Below are positions 12,227-25,131 of a DNA stretch of 64,000 nt, piece after piece. A model generated the notes under the pieces. That model saw nothing but the letters and a program-made list of their open reading frames with translations. It was not told where the DNA came from and made no database searches. Positions within the stretch are counted from its first letter, which is position 1; every line of letters begins with the position of its first letter. The position numbers were made by a program, and so were the translations under genes. The stretch is from Octopus bimaculoides. Taxonomy: Eukaryota. The DNA is taken from positions 166,106,780 through 166,170,779 of the forward strand of contig NC_068981.1 of the NCBI RefSeq assembly GCF_001194135.2, written 5' to 3'.

Positions 12227-13028
12227 CTGGAAAAGACGTGTGAAAGTATTAAAACATTACAAAAGGGACTAAATTACTAAAAACTTGATTAAAAATAGAT
12301 TCAGACAAGACTAGTAAAGCAAACTTGCCAAAGATTATTATCATAGTTTTAACATTCTCTTTTCCATACTTGCATGGATCAGACAGAATTTGTTGGGGCA
12401 GATTTTCTGCACCCAGCTGCCCTTCCTGTTGCCAACCTCACCCGTTACCAAGTAAGGTTATATTTCCCCAAGGTCAGACATGTTTATGAGAATATTAAAA
12501 ATGAATGACACTACTTGTTTAATGGTGTGTGTGTGTACACATGGTGGGTCTCAGTTTCCATCAAATAGTCACAAGGCTTTGGTCAGACCTTATCGAAAAT
12601 ATTTGCCTAAAGTGCCACAGTGGGATGAAACTGGAAACCATGCAGTCAGGAAGCAAACTTAACCACAGAACCTCATCTGCATTTATTAATTTGATATAAC
12701 AGAAAAAGAAAAAAAAAACCCATTAAAATAAGCTAAAGTTAATTTTATGAATTACTAAAATCCAAGTAGTGTAGCAATGTATATACATAGATATGTTTGT
12801 ACATATACATGTAAGCATGCACATCTGAATGAAAGCAGTTTTGCAAACAGTTTGGAACTTGTATGCAAAAAGTTTGCCAGCATATTCAAATGTGCATCTC
12901 AACATTTTGAAGGCAACAATGTACTCTAAAAAAAAAAAAAAGAGGTTTACAAATTCATATATAAATTATTTATAAAATTTACCAAAAAAAAAAAAAGTTT
13001 TAAAATAAGGCTTTAAAAGAATGCTTAC

Positions 13029-13110
13029 TTTTGCAGCAACAGCTCTCTTGAACCAGTTCTGAATACAGGTTGCAGCAACATGGCGTCTTGCAATTGTTTC
13101 TTTGAGTTGT
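13029..13110 (-). CDS. ASPM: ASPM coding exon 17 (QLKETIARRHVAATCIQNWFKRAVAAK), one IQ motif
   Basis: Acceptor tctttag|, donor AAA|GTAAGC, phase 2-0, IQ motif AATCIQNWFK. Confidence 0.9.
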
Positions 13111-13380
13111 CTAAAGAACAAAAAGAAAAATATGCTTATCTTTCATTCTAAAAAAAAATTTTGAGGTTTACATCTTCGGTTTTAATGGAATAGCTTTTCA
13201 AACAATTTTGTTTCAGTTTATCATCAGGTAAGATTTAGTCCCTCATCTTTATTGTACAGAGATTTCATACTTTCATCCACTATGTTATGGACAGTGTCTA
13301 AGTAAATGTTTTAAAAGTAAATGATATCAAATGTTTTTTTTCCTTCCTCCCAATTAAATAGATTCAGTATAATAATTTAA

Positions 13381-13598
13381 CTCTTTAGTATTCAGATTAC
13401 TCTGTCAAATGTAACACATTCATTCACATTAGTTTGAATTAATCATGCATTATCTTGTAGCTTTGAGATTTCAGTGATGCAATTTCTAATGTTTGAATAA
13501 CATGGTTAGGTATACATAGGCAACCAGATTTGGCCAATTTCAACATAAAACAGGTAAAAAATTTGAGACCAGAAACGGCCGGTTTAAATGCTAAAGGG
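13381..13598. mobile_element. piggyBac-like MITE, family 1
   Basis: TTAA|CTCTTTAGTATT ... AATGCTAAAGGG|TTAA; homologous to 25132-25343. Confidence 0.75.
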
Positions 13599-13924
13599 TT
13601 AAACTAAAATCATGTTAAATGTAACGTACTCGAGAGCCAAAACTAAGTGTATCTGAAACACTAAAGCAAGATTTAAAGCATTAATGGTATTTGTTCTTTA
13701 TAAACATTTTTTACACTTGAATGTTTTATAATGTAATGGTTGAGCAATCTTCTACAGACAAAACCAATGTTAATTTCAAAAACTTAATTCACTAAAACAG
13801 CATCTGGTAGTACAGATAACAAGACTTAAATTCTATTTCAAAATGCAAATTTAAAAGCTCTAGGTTCAAGAGAAACTATTTCACTACATGAAATTGCTAA
13901 AAGAAAAATGTAAAATGAAAATAC

Positions 13925-15927
13925 CTGCGAGATTTCAATATTCGATACCATCTTTGGATCTTGATGGCACTAGATCTCTGTGTTAAGAAGCATTTATGTT
14001 GCAGTTTCATCTGTACAACTGATTGTAAAAAGACTGTTGAGGTTTTAAGACTACAGTAATTCTTCCTTTCAATCTCCATTTGAATACAAGCTCGGTACCA
14101 TTGCTGAATTTTAATTACAGAAGACTTTGTTCTTTTGAAATGTCTTTCTTGAATTGTTTTTCGTAGGTAAGATTGTATTGTTATTACAGAAGCTCTAACC
14201 TTTAAATAATCTTCTCTAGCCAGTTTCATTGCAATGAGAGATCGAAACCACTGTTGAATAACCTGGCTAGCCGCTTGCTTTGACAAGTAGCTTTTACGTT
14301 CTGCTCTCATACTTGAAGTAGCTCTCCACCACTCTTGCAGTTTGACAGCACACCGTTTTTGTTTATTAAACTTCTGCTGCTCTCTATAGCACCGATATAC
14401 TGACTGGATCTTTACAACAGCCGTTCGATATTCCATGTATCTTTGCTGATCACTTCGCATTAAAATAACAGCACGATACCAATTCTGAATTTTCAAGGCA
14501 CTATCTTTAAGTTCAAGATATTTCCTCTGTTGTTGCCAGCTACGAACATGTGATTGCATTTTGATAGTATATGTTTTAAGGGAGAGATAATAGGCTCTAT
14601 CAGATTTTGCTACTTTACAAGCCCTAAACCAATTCTGCAGTAAAATAACACTTTCTTTTTGTTTGCAGAATTTTTGTCTTGTTAAAAATTGCCGGACATG
14701 TGCCTGAATTGTGGTGATAGCAATTCTTTTTTGCAGAAACTGTTGACGGCAGATTTTCATACTTCTCAGAGCTCGAAACCTAGCTTGAAGAATCTTGGTA
14801 TATTTTTTAAGTTCCAAATAATCCTTATGGCATTGTCTCATTTGACTGATAGATCTGTACCATTGTTGAATTACAATAGCAGCATTTTTGCAATTTAAAT
14901 ACTTCTCCTGTTGTTGCTTTGCTCTAACTAAAGCCTGCATTCTAATAATTGTTCTCTTTTCAGCTTGAAACTTAGTTTTAGCCAAATAAGCACGCCAATG
15001 GCACTGAATAATTACAGCAGAGTGGCATTTTAAATGGAACTCTTTTCGAACTTGACTGCCCCGAAACAAGGCTTGTATCAAGGTAACAGAGACAACTATA
15101 TTATGATATCTTCTTCTGGCAATAAATCCTCGTAGATTGCTTTGGATCTTTACAGCAGCATTCTTTTGGGCAATAAAATCATGGCGAACATGTTTCCCAA
15201 TCAAATAAGCAGACATGTACCGCTGCAGAACACAAGTAGCTGCTTTCAACTTGGAGAACTCTCTTTGAGCTACATAACATTTCCATGTTGCCTGTATCAG
15301 TTGTGCTGCATTGTTTTGTCTTTTTTCTTCTTGAAGTTGTTTCTCTCGCAATTCCTGAAGAAACTGCCTCCGAAGTTTTCTACTTTCAAGTTTGGATCTG
15401 TAGAGTTTCTGAATTAAAATTACAGATGAAAGTAGCTTTAGATATTTGGATTGGCAATAATGCTTCCTGAAGTATGACTGAATAACTACAGCTGCTGCCT
15501 CTTGGCTTTTCAACAATTGGCGCTGCATTACACCACGCCACATAGATTGTATTTGTATACAAGCCTGCTTTTCTTTCAGGTATTTGTTCCGTTGTTTTCT
15601 GCACAAGATAATACCTCTATACCATTGTTGTATCTGGGTTGTTGACCTGCAGAGGGAGCGATAGTTTTGACGCGTTTGATGCATTCTTACTGCTGCTTGC
15701 AAAACACGGATAGCCTTGAGCTGTTTGTGGTACTTTCTCTGCTGGGAATACATACGGTAAAAGCTCTGTAGAACTATGACAGCACTTTTCATTCTTTGGT
15801 AATCTGAAGCAACATGGTAGCTTTCTTGAAGATTCCTATACCATCTTTGAATTACAATGGCACACTGTTGTTCAAGAACACCCCTAGACACATCTAAAAT
15901 GTTTGGTCTTGAATCTCCTGCATCAAT
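13925..15927 (-). CDS. ASPM: ASPM coding exon 16: large IQ-repeat exon with ~26 IQ motifs (structural analogue of human exon 18)
   Basis: ORF 13897-15891 with repeated [ILM]QxxxR motifs every 23 or 27 aa. Acceptor ttttgtag| at 15927, donor AG|GTATTT at 13925, phase 0-2. Confidence 0.95.
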
Positions 15928-17614
15928 CTACAAAACAATTTTTGAAAAATTAAAATCATTACATGATCCTTTTTATAAATGATTTATAACAGTCATCAAT
16001 GAGGTTTCTAAGAAAATCTGCATTCTTGGAAAAGGTATTTTGCAGTTTTATTATATCACCAATACAATCTTTAGTGGAACTATTGCCTATTTTTCTGTTA
16101 AATGTAATCTTTTGCTCAACAAAATACCAATAGCCGTATTGGTAATAAGCTTGGAATCTTTAACATATAATCACTGCAACTTCGAACCTTGAAAATGACC
16201 ATCATTAAATATCCATGTTCCATGCTAACATGGGTTGGACAATTTGACAGAATCCAACAGGTTCAATATCTGCATCTTGTGGTTTGCTTTGGCATGGTTT
16301 CTATGGCTGAATACTCTTCCTGACACCAACCACTTTACGATAAGTAATGGGTATTGCTTTCAAGGCACTAAGGCCACCATACAATTTGCAAGACTAAGAT
16401 CCTCTTTGGCTGAGTAGAGTTTATGCAAGGAGATGAGCGTTAAAATAGGAGGGAAGAGACCAAAATAACACCGGTTGCTTCCTGTAAAGGAGCTCCATGG
16501 CTAGTCCCATTATTGAAGAGAGGGTGAGAGCAACTAGGAAGAGTTATGAGAATGATGAAGAGTCATAGCGAACCCTTAAGTTATAAGGCAAGTAGAAGTG
16601 AGTGGAGACAGGAGAACAAAGTGTAGATGAGTAGACATTGCAAAAGTGTACAGGAGAATAAAAAGATGGTTAAAGATGGAGGCTGGGTGAAGAGCTGAAT
16701 ATAATTAACTAAGAACTGTTGAGGGACAAGTAGGGACGGTAGGAAAGAGCAGGTGACAAATGCAGAAAACTGACCTCACCTGTCTAAGTGCCACGTAAAG
16801 AGCACTCAGCCAACTATGGAGTGGTTGGTGTTACAAAGGGCATCCAGCTGTAAAAACCATGCCAAAACACACTCGGCATCACACAGGGTCCCAACTGGCC
16901 AGCTCCTGTCAAGCTATATAACCCATGTCAACATAGGAGGATGATGATAATGATGATGCCACCTTTCAGAAAGTCCAGTGGACCACAGTCTGCTTACAAC
17001 TAAGCTAAATGCTCTCACAACTTTCTACAGGTTTACTTATAACAAATTCTTACTCTTGAAAATTCCTCTGCTTGCTTCATGTAATATTTTATCTTGTGTG
17101 CATTTTATATTTATAATGATCGTTATCTGAAGATTATGAACATTTTATTGCTTGTTCAGACCTTTTACAATAAACTTTTATGATATTCTGTAGCACTTGC
17201 ACTATATTTCTTGTACACTATTACACACTTTATTGAACTACATTCTTTTGTTCTACCATTCAATTACTTTATGCTAAACCTTCTTTTAACATGAGTAGTT
17301 TTCTCTATTTAACAAGTTTATTTTCTACTTTTTTCATTTTCCTTGAAAGGTTAGTTTGCAATATTTACCGTTGTCTAAATCTCAGAAGGCAAAAGTAGAA
17401 ATTCTATACTATGTGAAATAAAAAAAGCAAAACAAAAACAGTCAGATCATTTCTATGTTCTCTTTAGTTTCACATATCGCAGCTAAAACAAAAATTTAAA
17501 GATTTCATTTCTATATGAAGCAGCAACAAGGTAAAATCCATAATTTATCAAAAGAAAATAAAATAAAACCAGACAGGAGAAAAAAAAACAAAAAAACTTA
17601 AATGCTATATTTAC

Positions 17615-19779
17615 CTGATCCTGAAGTATCAGACTCTTGTCTTCAAAGACTATATCAGATTGTGGTTGGAGACCTGTATTGATTTTACTGGAGTTCAGCA
17701 CCTGGATACCATCAGCACTGTCACTTTCATCACATTCAACCTGTGACAGGTGTTTACTATCATATTTAGAGGAAGAAAGTCTTTCATAATCAACTAGACC
17801 GGAATTGTTGACATCTGTTATAATATTGGCAGTGGAACTAGCAGAGCTGCCTTTCTGATCATCACAATTAGAAACAGTAGAGCAATCTTGGTCATGAGGA
17901 AATTCATCCTGAAGGTGACAGTGTCCATCAGCAGGAGAGTCAGCTGATAGATCATGGTGGCCATCAGTAGAGACATCTAGCAGATCAGGGTGACCATCAG
18001 TGGAGCCATTTGGCAGACCATGGTCACCGTCAGTGGAGTCATTTTGCGGAAGAACATGGTGAACGTCAGTGGAGTCATTTTGCGGAAGAACACGGTGATC
18101 GTCAGTGGAGCCATTTTGCGGAAGAACACGGTGATCGTCAGTGGAGCCATNNNNNNNNNNCATTTTGCGGAAGAACACGGTGATCGTCAGTGGAGCCATT
18201 TTGCGGAAGAACACGGTGATCGTCAGTGGAGCCATTTTGCGGAAGAACACGGTGATCGTCAGTGGAGCCATTTTGCAGAAGAACACTGTGATCGTTAGTG
18301 GAGCCATTTTGCAGAAGAACACTGTGATCGTCAGTGGAGCCATTTTGCAGAAGAACACTGTGATCGTCAGTGGAGCCATTTTGCAGAAGAACACGGTGAN
18401 NNNNNNNNNNNNNNNNNNNNNNNNNNNNNNNNNNNNNNNNNNNNNNNNNNNNNNNNNNNNNNNNNNNNNNNNNNNNNNNNNNNNNNNNNNNNNNNNNNNN
18501 NNNNNNNNNNNNNNNNNNNNNNNNNNNNNNNNNNNNNNNNNNNNNNNNNNNNNNNNNNNNNNNNNNNNNNNNNNNNNNNNNNNNNNNNNNNNNNNNNNNN
18601 NNNNNNNNNNNNNNNNNNNNNNNNNNNNNNNNNNNNNNNNNNNNNNNNNNNNNNNNNNNNNNNNNNNNNNNNNNNNNNNNNNNNNNNNNNNNNNNNNNNN
18701 NNNNNNNNNNNNNNNNNNNNNNNNNNNNNNNNNNNNNNNNNNNNNNNNNNNNNNNNNNNNNNNNNNNNNNNNNNNNNNNNNNNNNNNNNNNNNNNNNNNN
18801 NNNNNCCATTTTGCGGAAGAACATGGTGATCGTCAGTGGAGCCATTTTGCGGAAGAACATGGTGATCGTCAGTGGAGCCATTTTGCGGAAGAACATGGTG
18901 ATCGTCAGTGGAGCCATTTTGCAGAAGAACACGATGATCGTCAGTGGAGCCATTTTGCAGAGCACGGTCACCATCAGTGGAGTCATTTTGCAGACCATGG
19001 TCACCATCAGTGGAGCCATTCAAAGTAGAAGTCTCTAATCTACTTCTAATCTCAGTTGTGCTGTTTGCTTCACTTTCATTGATGTTATCTTTATCATTAA
19101 GATCCATATTTCTATCTGATGTACCATCATTCAAGTTCTGATTATGCTCCAAATATTTATTGGGACTACAAACAGAATGTTGTTTAGAGGTTGCTGGCAT
19201 TCCAATATATTCAGTCACTATCTCATCTCCAGATTTCTCAACACTGCAAATGTTGCCTTGAACACCATTATCAATATCTATAGTCTGATTTAAGAGACGG
19301 GAATGGTGAGGTTTATTGTTAATCTCAAACGTGCCATTAAGGTGATTATTGAAATCCTCATGCTCAAATTCAATAGTTTGATTCAATTTTGATGTTTTTA
19401 TACTGATACATTCCTCTCTGGCATTCAGGTTTTCTTGCTTCTGTTGGCCAAGATCATTTGAATCGTTTACTTTACGAATGACTAAGTTGAGTGGTGAGTT
19501 ATAATTGGTTTCTGCACCTCTTTGCCAGTTGTTCCCCTCAGCAACTAAATCCAAGCATGAAACTTCTGCTATTGTGCCCAAATTACACTTTGGCAAGTAA
19601 CTGTGCTCAGTATTATTGTGTTTCTGATAACACTGGGATGGTGAAAGTGCCAAATTTTTATTTGAGTGTTTTACCAATGGACTAGTCTTGTCGTATGATC
19701 CAACTTGGGGAGAAAGGATTTGTATTTTATTCATTGTATTACATTGCCATTGGGTTACTACTGCAGATTTACTCTTCAT
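17615..19779 (-). CDS. ASPM: ASPM coding exon 15: large non-canonical acidic/low-complexity insert containing a 33/36-bp tandem repeat; spans two N gaps
   Basis: Acceptor ggtttag|ATG at 19779. The frame is open for ~325 codons up to the gap (ORF 18367-19779), and the same NGSTD peptide frame is open after the gaps to donor CAG|GTAAAT at 17615. Phase 0-0 fits both neighbours. Confidence 0.72.
17960..19020. repeat. Coding minisatellite: 36-bp core unit (cgtcagtggagccattttgcggaagaacacggtgat) with diverged 33-bp units at both edges
   Basis: Directly visible tandem units, interrupted by N gaps at 18151-18160 and 18400-18805. Confidence 0.95.
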
Positions 19780-19901
19780 CTAAACCAAATAAAATTTTAA
19801 AAAAAAGGTAAATATTAGCAAAAGAAATGTTTAAAATATTTATTTGAAAATTTGGAAGGAAAAATTACATGATATACATTCATTCAAGCATAAATAATTA
19901 C

Positions 19902-20102
19902 CCTCCGTAGCCTCTGCTTCTTGCACCATAGATATTTCCGCCAAGCCATTTGGATAACAATAGCCGCTCTTGCTTCATGTCTTATTTCAAGTAAACGTAT
20001 AGCAAGGTAAGTAATATAGGTGATCACTACTTTCTCATCTGGTATAGTATTGGACATGTCCGAGTGGCGCAACATAGCTGGTACTCCACCAATAGCACTC
20101 AC
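19902..20102 (-). CDS. ASPM: ASPM coding exon 14 ([29 protein letters not shown]...[14 protein letters not shown]...), end of CH2 and first IQ motif
   Basis: Conserved [25 protein letters not shown] motif. Acceptor ttttag|, donor AGG|GTAATT, phase 0-0. Confidence 0.96.
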
Positions 20103-20558
20103 CTAAAATACATAAATACTTGTTAAATATAAAACATTTGCAACTTTATTTAGTAACAAACAAAATCAATACAATATTTTCATTAATTAAATATTAGCAA
20201 AATTTACAAAAAATAATTTCAGACTAAGTTTCTCAAGAGTAAGGCAGTGTAACTAAGACAAATTTAATGATAAGCCTTATGTCAAAAATTACAATCAAAT
20301 GCTTTTATTTTAAAATTAAAACCCTTCAAACATGATTTTTAGTGTACCATGAGAAGAAAATTGTTTCAAGTAGCACTCCTACTCTTACTGTATATTTTGG
20401 GACTACTGAACTACAAGTCTCTTTAAATTGTCATTAACTGACTTCATGTTAAGCTTCAACTCAAAACCTCAAGTACCCTACCCCATGTCTTGCCATTTGA
20501 GTTACTTGTAGCCTAACCATAAAACCTCAAATTGAAGGAAAAAAAAGCCACAACTTAC

Positions 20559-20632
20559 TTTTTTAGCAATAAGTTTAAAATTTTCGGCTTCGTTAGCTAA
20601 AAGAGCTTCATAAATTTTAGGTTTCCCCGTTT
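20559..20632 (-). CDS. ASPM: ASPM coding exon 13 ([24 protein letters not shown])
   Basis: LLxNExxNFxL motif. Acceptor gtttcag|, donor AAA|GTAAGT, phase 1-0. Confidence 0.9.
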
Positions 20633-20764
20633 CTGAAACAAATTTTATAAAAAACAAATATAATTTCTTTTTGATAAAGAAACTCAGTATACAGAAACAG
20701 AAATATTGGTGATGTGTCCAAGTGCATGAATAAGTAACAGTACAATGCAGTAAACCAAACTTAC

Positions 20765-20960
20765 TAGGGCTAAACAGAGTGCTAAATGCGAGTTCATCCA
20801 AACTCTGATCACTGTCTTGTTGTTGATTTTCACATTCATTGATGTAAGTTACAGTTGTGTCCTGCTTGATTTCAGACAATGGCAGCAATCCAGGATAATA
20901 ATGATGAATTAGATAACACAAAACACGGCCATCAGAGAAGGATACTGTGAAATTCTCAAT
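20765..20960 (-). CDS. ASPM: ASPM coding exon 12 ([27 protein letters not shown]...FSP), CH2
   Basis: CH signature [22 protein letters not shown]. Acceptor atttcag|, donor A|GTAAGT, phase 0-1. Confidence 0.95.
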
Positions 20961-22104
20961 CTGAAATTTGCAAGGAAAGCAAATAAAAAAAAAGTTATAA
21001 TGAAAGTAAATGAAAAATAGAATTAAACTCTGGTAACGATCACGCTCAAATGGTGCTATTTACATGCCACTGGCACGGAAACCAGACAGCTGCTCTGGCA
21101 ATGATCACGCTTGGACAGTGCTGTTAGCGCTCCACTGGCACATGTGCCAGTCAAAGATTTTATAACCCTCTTGCCAATATAACAATGAAGAACTAACACA
21201 ATGCAATATCTTAAGGTTTGTTCTCTAGATAATATGATCATTTCACAGTATGAGATGGTCACAACCTTAATTTCAGTCATAGTGAGATTGATAGTCAGCA
21301 TATCATTCCCTTCACCACCCCAATGCTCTTGACAATTGAAATCCAAATGCTATTATAGTCTATTATGATTAAACTCCATTAGCAGCTAAGTGCACATGTT
21401 TACATCAAGGGGACAACTTTATTCTTAACACCCTCAGACTACCACTGTATGCTCCTTCCTCAACCTAGACAACAGTGTTGGTACCAGCAGCCTTAGGCTG
21501 GCAGCTCCCATTGCTGCAAAAGCTCTCTATATCATGAAGCTGTGGCTTCTCAGTTATAGTGAAAGCAACCATACAATCTCACAATTATATGAAAAGGAAT
21601 CTGCTCTAATCACATGGAAAGTCAACTCAAGCCAAAAACACCAGAGAATAACTTGAATAAAAGCGAATACTGCACAAAAGGTGCAGACAACTCCTCTAAT
21701 GTTGTCGTAAAGATAATGCAAAACAGGAATGCAGATAAGATGGGCTCTAATGTACAGCAAAAGCAACCCATCAGATGAAAAGAACTTTGAATAAGTGATC
21801 CAAAATAGAGGGGGGTTTTAAGACCTGGTACACAAGCCTTTAATTACAGAAGCCCAATTAAATTACACTTGGTCATTTAAAATTGTTGGTGATAAAAAAA
21901 GATGGCATCTAGCTACAAGAACCAAATAACCACAACAAAGAGGAGAGTTTGCTCTGTTGCTTGTGGTTGTCAGTTACTGAAGGGATAAAAACGGCAAAAC
22001 AGTATCAGAACAAACCTGTCTAACCCATACCATACCAGCATTAAAAAAAATAAGTAAAAATAAGGATAAGCTTCAATATACGCAGGTTTCAGTCTTTATA
22101 TTAC

Positions 22105-22205
22105 CTGTAAGCCATAATGAGCTGAAACTGCTTGACACCATTCAAAAAGTAGCTGATGTTTCTCATTTTCTGGTTTAACAAGTCCTTCCACTGAATTACG
22201 CCCGA
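22105..22205 (-). CDS. ASPM: ASPM coding exon 11 (GRNSVEGLVKPENEKHQLLFEWCQAVSAHYGLQ), start of CH2
   Basis: LLxxWCxAVxAxYG motif. Acceptor atttcag|, donor CAG|GTAATA, phase 1-0. Confidence 0.92.
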
Positions 22206-23115
22206 CTGAAATAATGGTGAAGAATATTTTCATTACTCGTTTAAAAGGGAAAAGGCCTGTCTAATATCGTGACAATCAGATTTACTACAATTATAAATAT
22301 AGTTTTATTATTACTCTAATTACAAATATACATTAAATATTTGGCTAATTACAATACCAGTGAATTTTTTAAACATTTATTCCTATATCAGTAGAGGTGA
22401 AATTTGTAGCTGCTAGTGTACATTTAATAAAGTGCTTTTATTACATTTTACTAAAGTCCTTGTTAATTCATTTGTGACGAAGTCAGCACGGGGTGGATGT
22501 TTGTGATATTGGCAGGAGAGAGTAAATCCAATATAGAGAGAGTGGGTACTTGATAGAGTAGGAGTCACAGAATATTCCAAAAAAAAAAAAAAAAAAAACA
22601 ATCTGGTTCGCAGACATTGCTAATAGAATGTGTAAGCAATCTATAAAGTTGTAGAAAAAGACCCTTTATCGATACAAATACCAAGTCTATAACAGAATAT
22701 GGATGTAAAATTTCACTCCATAACTGCATGCTGACATACTACAAAGATACAAGTAGCAAACAATAGTGAACTTAATATCTCTAGGCTAAGGTTATATTCA
22801 GTAGTAATGGCTTACAAACCCATGTTATTTTGGCCAAAAAGTTGGCATGTTAAAACTTGTCCAGTACGTATTGGAAATGTTAAAATTGGTTGTCTCCAGA
22901 ACACTTCAAAAGAAAATTAGTTTCAAGAGACCAAATGTTAGGAAAAATAAAGAAGTCAGGTAGCGAGATCAAGTTAAAGTAAATTCAGTAGCTAACAAGG
23001 ACAAGGGATTCATATTTTCTTATAACTGTATTTCAGAAGTACTGATAAATAGTTCTAACCAATACAGCCAATATTCTTACCCAAATTTGGGGATAAAACA
23101 TTCAAAGCCACTTAC

Positions 23116-23227
23116 TTGAATAGTCCTCAACACCAGCCAACTTCCTAACAGACCTTTTCTTCTCAAGGCACCTCTTCAAAAAGTGGACTTCATCTCTAAG
23201 CTCATTGATATCCAGAAGTATATCAAC
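23116..23227 (-). CDS. ASPM: ASPM coding exon 10 (VDILLDINELRDEVHFLKRCLEKKRSVRKLAGVEDYS)
   Basis: Acceptor cttttcag|, donor A|GTAAGT, phase 0-1. Matches the VDxxLxxxxLxxExxFL block that follows CH1. Confidence 0.9.
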
Positions 23228-23622
23228 CTGAAAAGAGGACCAAAATAAAAGTAACCCAAAACGGAAAACAATGATTCATGCAACAATACTAATACTGAAT
23301 ATAGTACAGATTTGTTTTAACCTGATCATCCCCAGCCTATACAATTTTAGAATTATTTTTTAAAACTATAAACAAGTAACTATATATACATTAATTCAAT
23401 TTGCACATTAAAAAAAAAAACTGTATCCATTACCACCTTCTGCAAGGAAAGGAGACATACATAAAACTGGATTTGCTGATCCTGAGATCAATATGAAATA
23501 CTCAAAGAGGTTCCTAACAGTGGTACTTTTTAAAGAAGTTGAGTCATAGATAGATCCCTCAAATGAGATTTAATTATTTCATTTTGAAATTACTTCCAAT
23601 TCTAAATACATAATAGAATTAC

Positions 23623-23705
23623 CTGGAAACCAGTCACAATTCTCCAAAGAAGAGTCAATGTTTTTTCTCTGTGTCCATCTACAATATCTTTAGCACATAT
23701 TGAAC
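23623..23705 (-). CDS. ASPM: ASPM coding exon 9 (GSICAKDIVDGHREKTLTLLWRIVTGFQ), end of CH1
   Basis: CH-domain signature DIVDGHREKTLxLLW. Acceptor tttcag|, donor CAG|GTAATT, phase 1-0. Confidence 0.95.
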
Positions 23706-23849
23706 CTGAAATATCAAATATTTTAGGATTAAAGATTTCTCAAGAATTTATGAAGAATTGGAAAAAAGAAAATGAATGAAATGAAATAAAAGTCTCCATT
23801 AAAAAATTTCATGTCAATCTACTCAGAGAAAAAATAAAAGCTAAGTTAC

Positions 23850-23995
23850 CTTTAGCAAGGCTTAGATCCATTCCATTGACCAATAAAGCTTTCAGCACTT
23901 TGTTAACATTGTGGATCTTCTGCAGATGACTAATTGCAGGGGCACGAAGGGAGTTGGTGAGTTCCCATTTACCTGTGAGTATTTCTACAGCTCGA
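23850..23995 (-). CDS. ASPM: ASPM coding exon 8 (RAVEILTGKWELTNSLRAPAISHLQKIHNVNKVL...), CH1
   Basis: ORF 23809-24003 has the LRxPAISxLQKxHNV motif. Acceptor gtttag|, donor AAAG|GTAACT, phase 2-1. Confidence 0.95.
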
Positions 23996-25131
23996 CTAAA
24001 CAAAGAAAAAATATTCTGACATTATTGTTTTGTACAACCATCTGCCACCTACCCAAGAAAATAATGCTTTATTTTGATTAGGGCCAATTATATAACAGCA
24101 AGGCATTTTCAAGCTGACCTATGTCTTATTAAATTTAGTAGACAGAAACTGCAAGATGCTTGTCATGTGTGTGGGGGGGTGTTCATATTCCTCACTTGTA
24201 ACCACCTGAGTGAAGTGTTGACATTCCTTTTGACATTATGACCAGTCACTGTACACTTGGAGACTTTTAGAATAAAGTATCCCTTATTTGCAAAGCAGAT
24301 AAGGGCTGGAAATGAAGATCATCTTATCTGGAAATTCCCATCATAAAAATAACTCCTCATGCAACCAAAGTTAGCATAGAAAAATGGATGTCAAATGAAC
24401 AAACACATGAAAGGATTCAATTGAAAACTTTCCTTAGAAGGGCAAAAATATAAATAACAGTTGAACACTGCTTAAATCTATCATAGTCAGTCCCAAATCT
24501 GTTTGAAAAAGTGGGAGAATGAGAAGCATAGGGTTAGCAGCCCTGCACTATCAGTTCTCTACACTGCTACAGAAATGCCAATAAGAGAACGTGAAAACTG
24601 GCGCTAGTAAAGCAAGACAGCCCTCAGAGACTACATATGAAGCAATGTAATGAAAGCACAAACTGGATTTACCTGTAATTTGGCATAATACTATAATGAT
24701 TGAGAAAGAGAAAATATGTTCTATATCTCAATCCAAAATGAGTTAAAATGCTGCTAAAAACTTTAAATGATTTCTCATACTGAAAGGAGATGTAACATTA
24801 TCAATACAGGATTGATAGATACTGGTAGAAGTGATGTTAAGCATCAAAGATTTGAACTTAGAAGAGTGATAAATCTAAATACTTCAAAAGCATTTTGTTT
24901 AAATGTTAACATATCTGCCAGCTCAATATCTCAACAAAAATAGGTGTAGCTGTGTGGCTAAAAGGTTCACTTTGCAATGGAGTTTCAGTTTCAATCCTAT
25001 GCAACACCATGTGCAATATCTTTCTTCAGTTAACCAAAGCTTTGTCAATGAAATGGAGTTATATGGAAACTGTAGAAACCTGTCAGAGACACCATTCTTG
25101 TGTGGTAGGCTTAATTTGATGCTTAGTTTAA

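Noticed and set aside
17990-19038. Alternative-frame and plus-strand ORFs over the coding minisatellite (KMAPLTITVFFR, HFAEEHGDRQWS, VIVSGAILRKNT repeats)
   Set aside because: By-products of a stop-poor 36-bp unit. Only the NGSTD frame connects to long unique flanking ORFs and splice sites.
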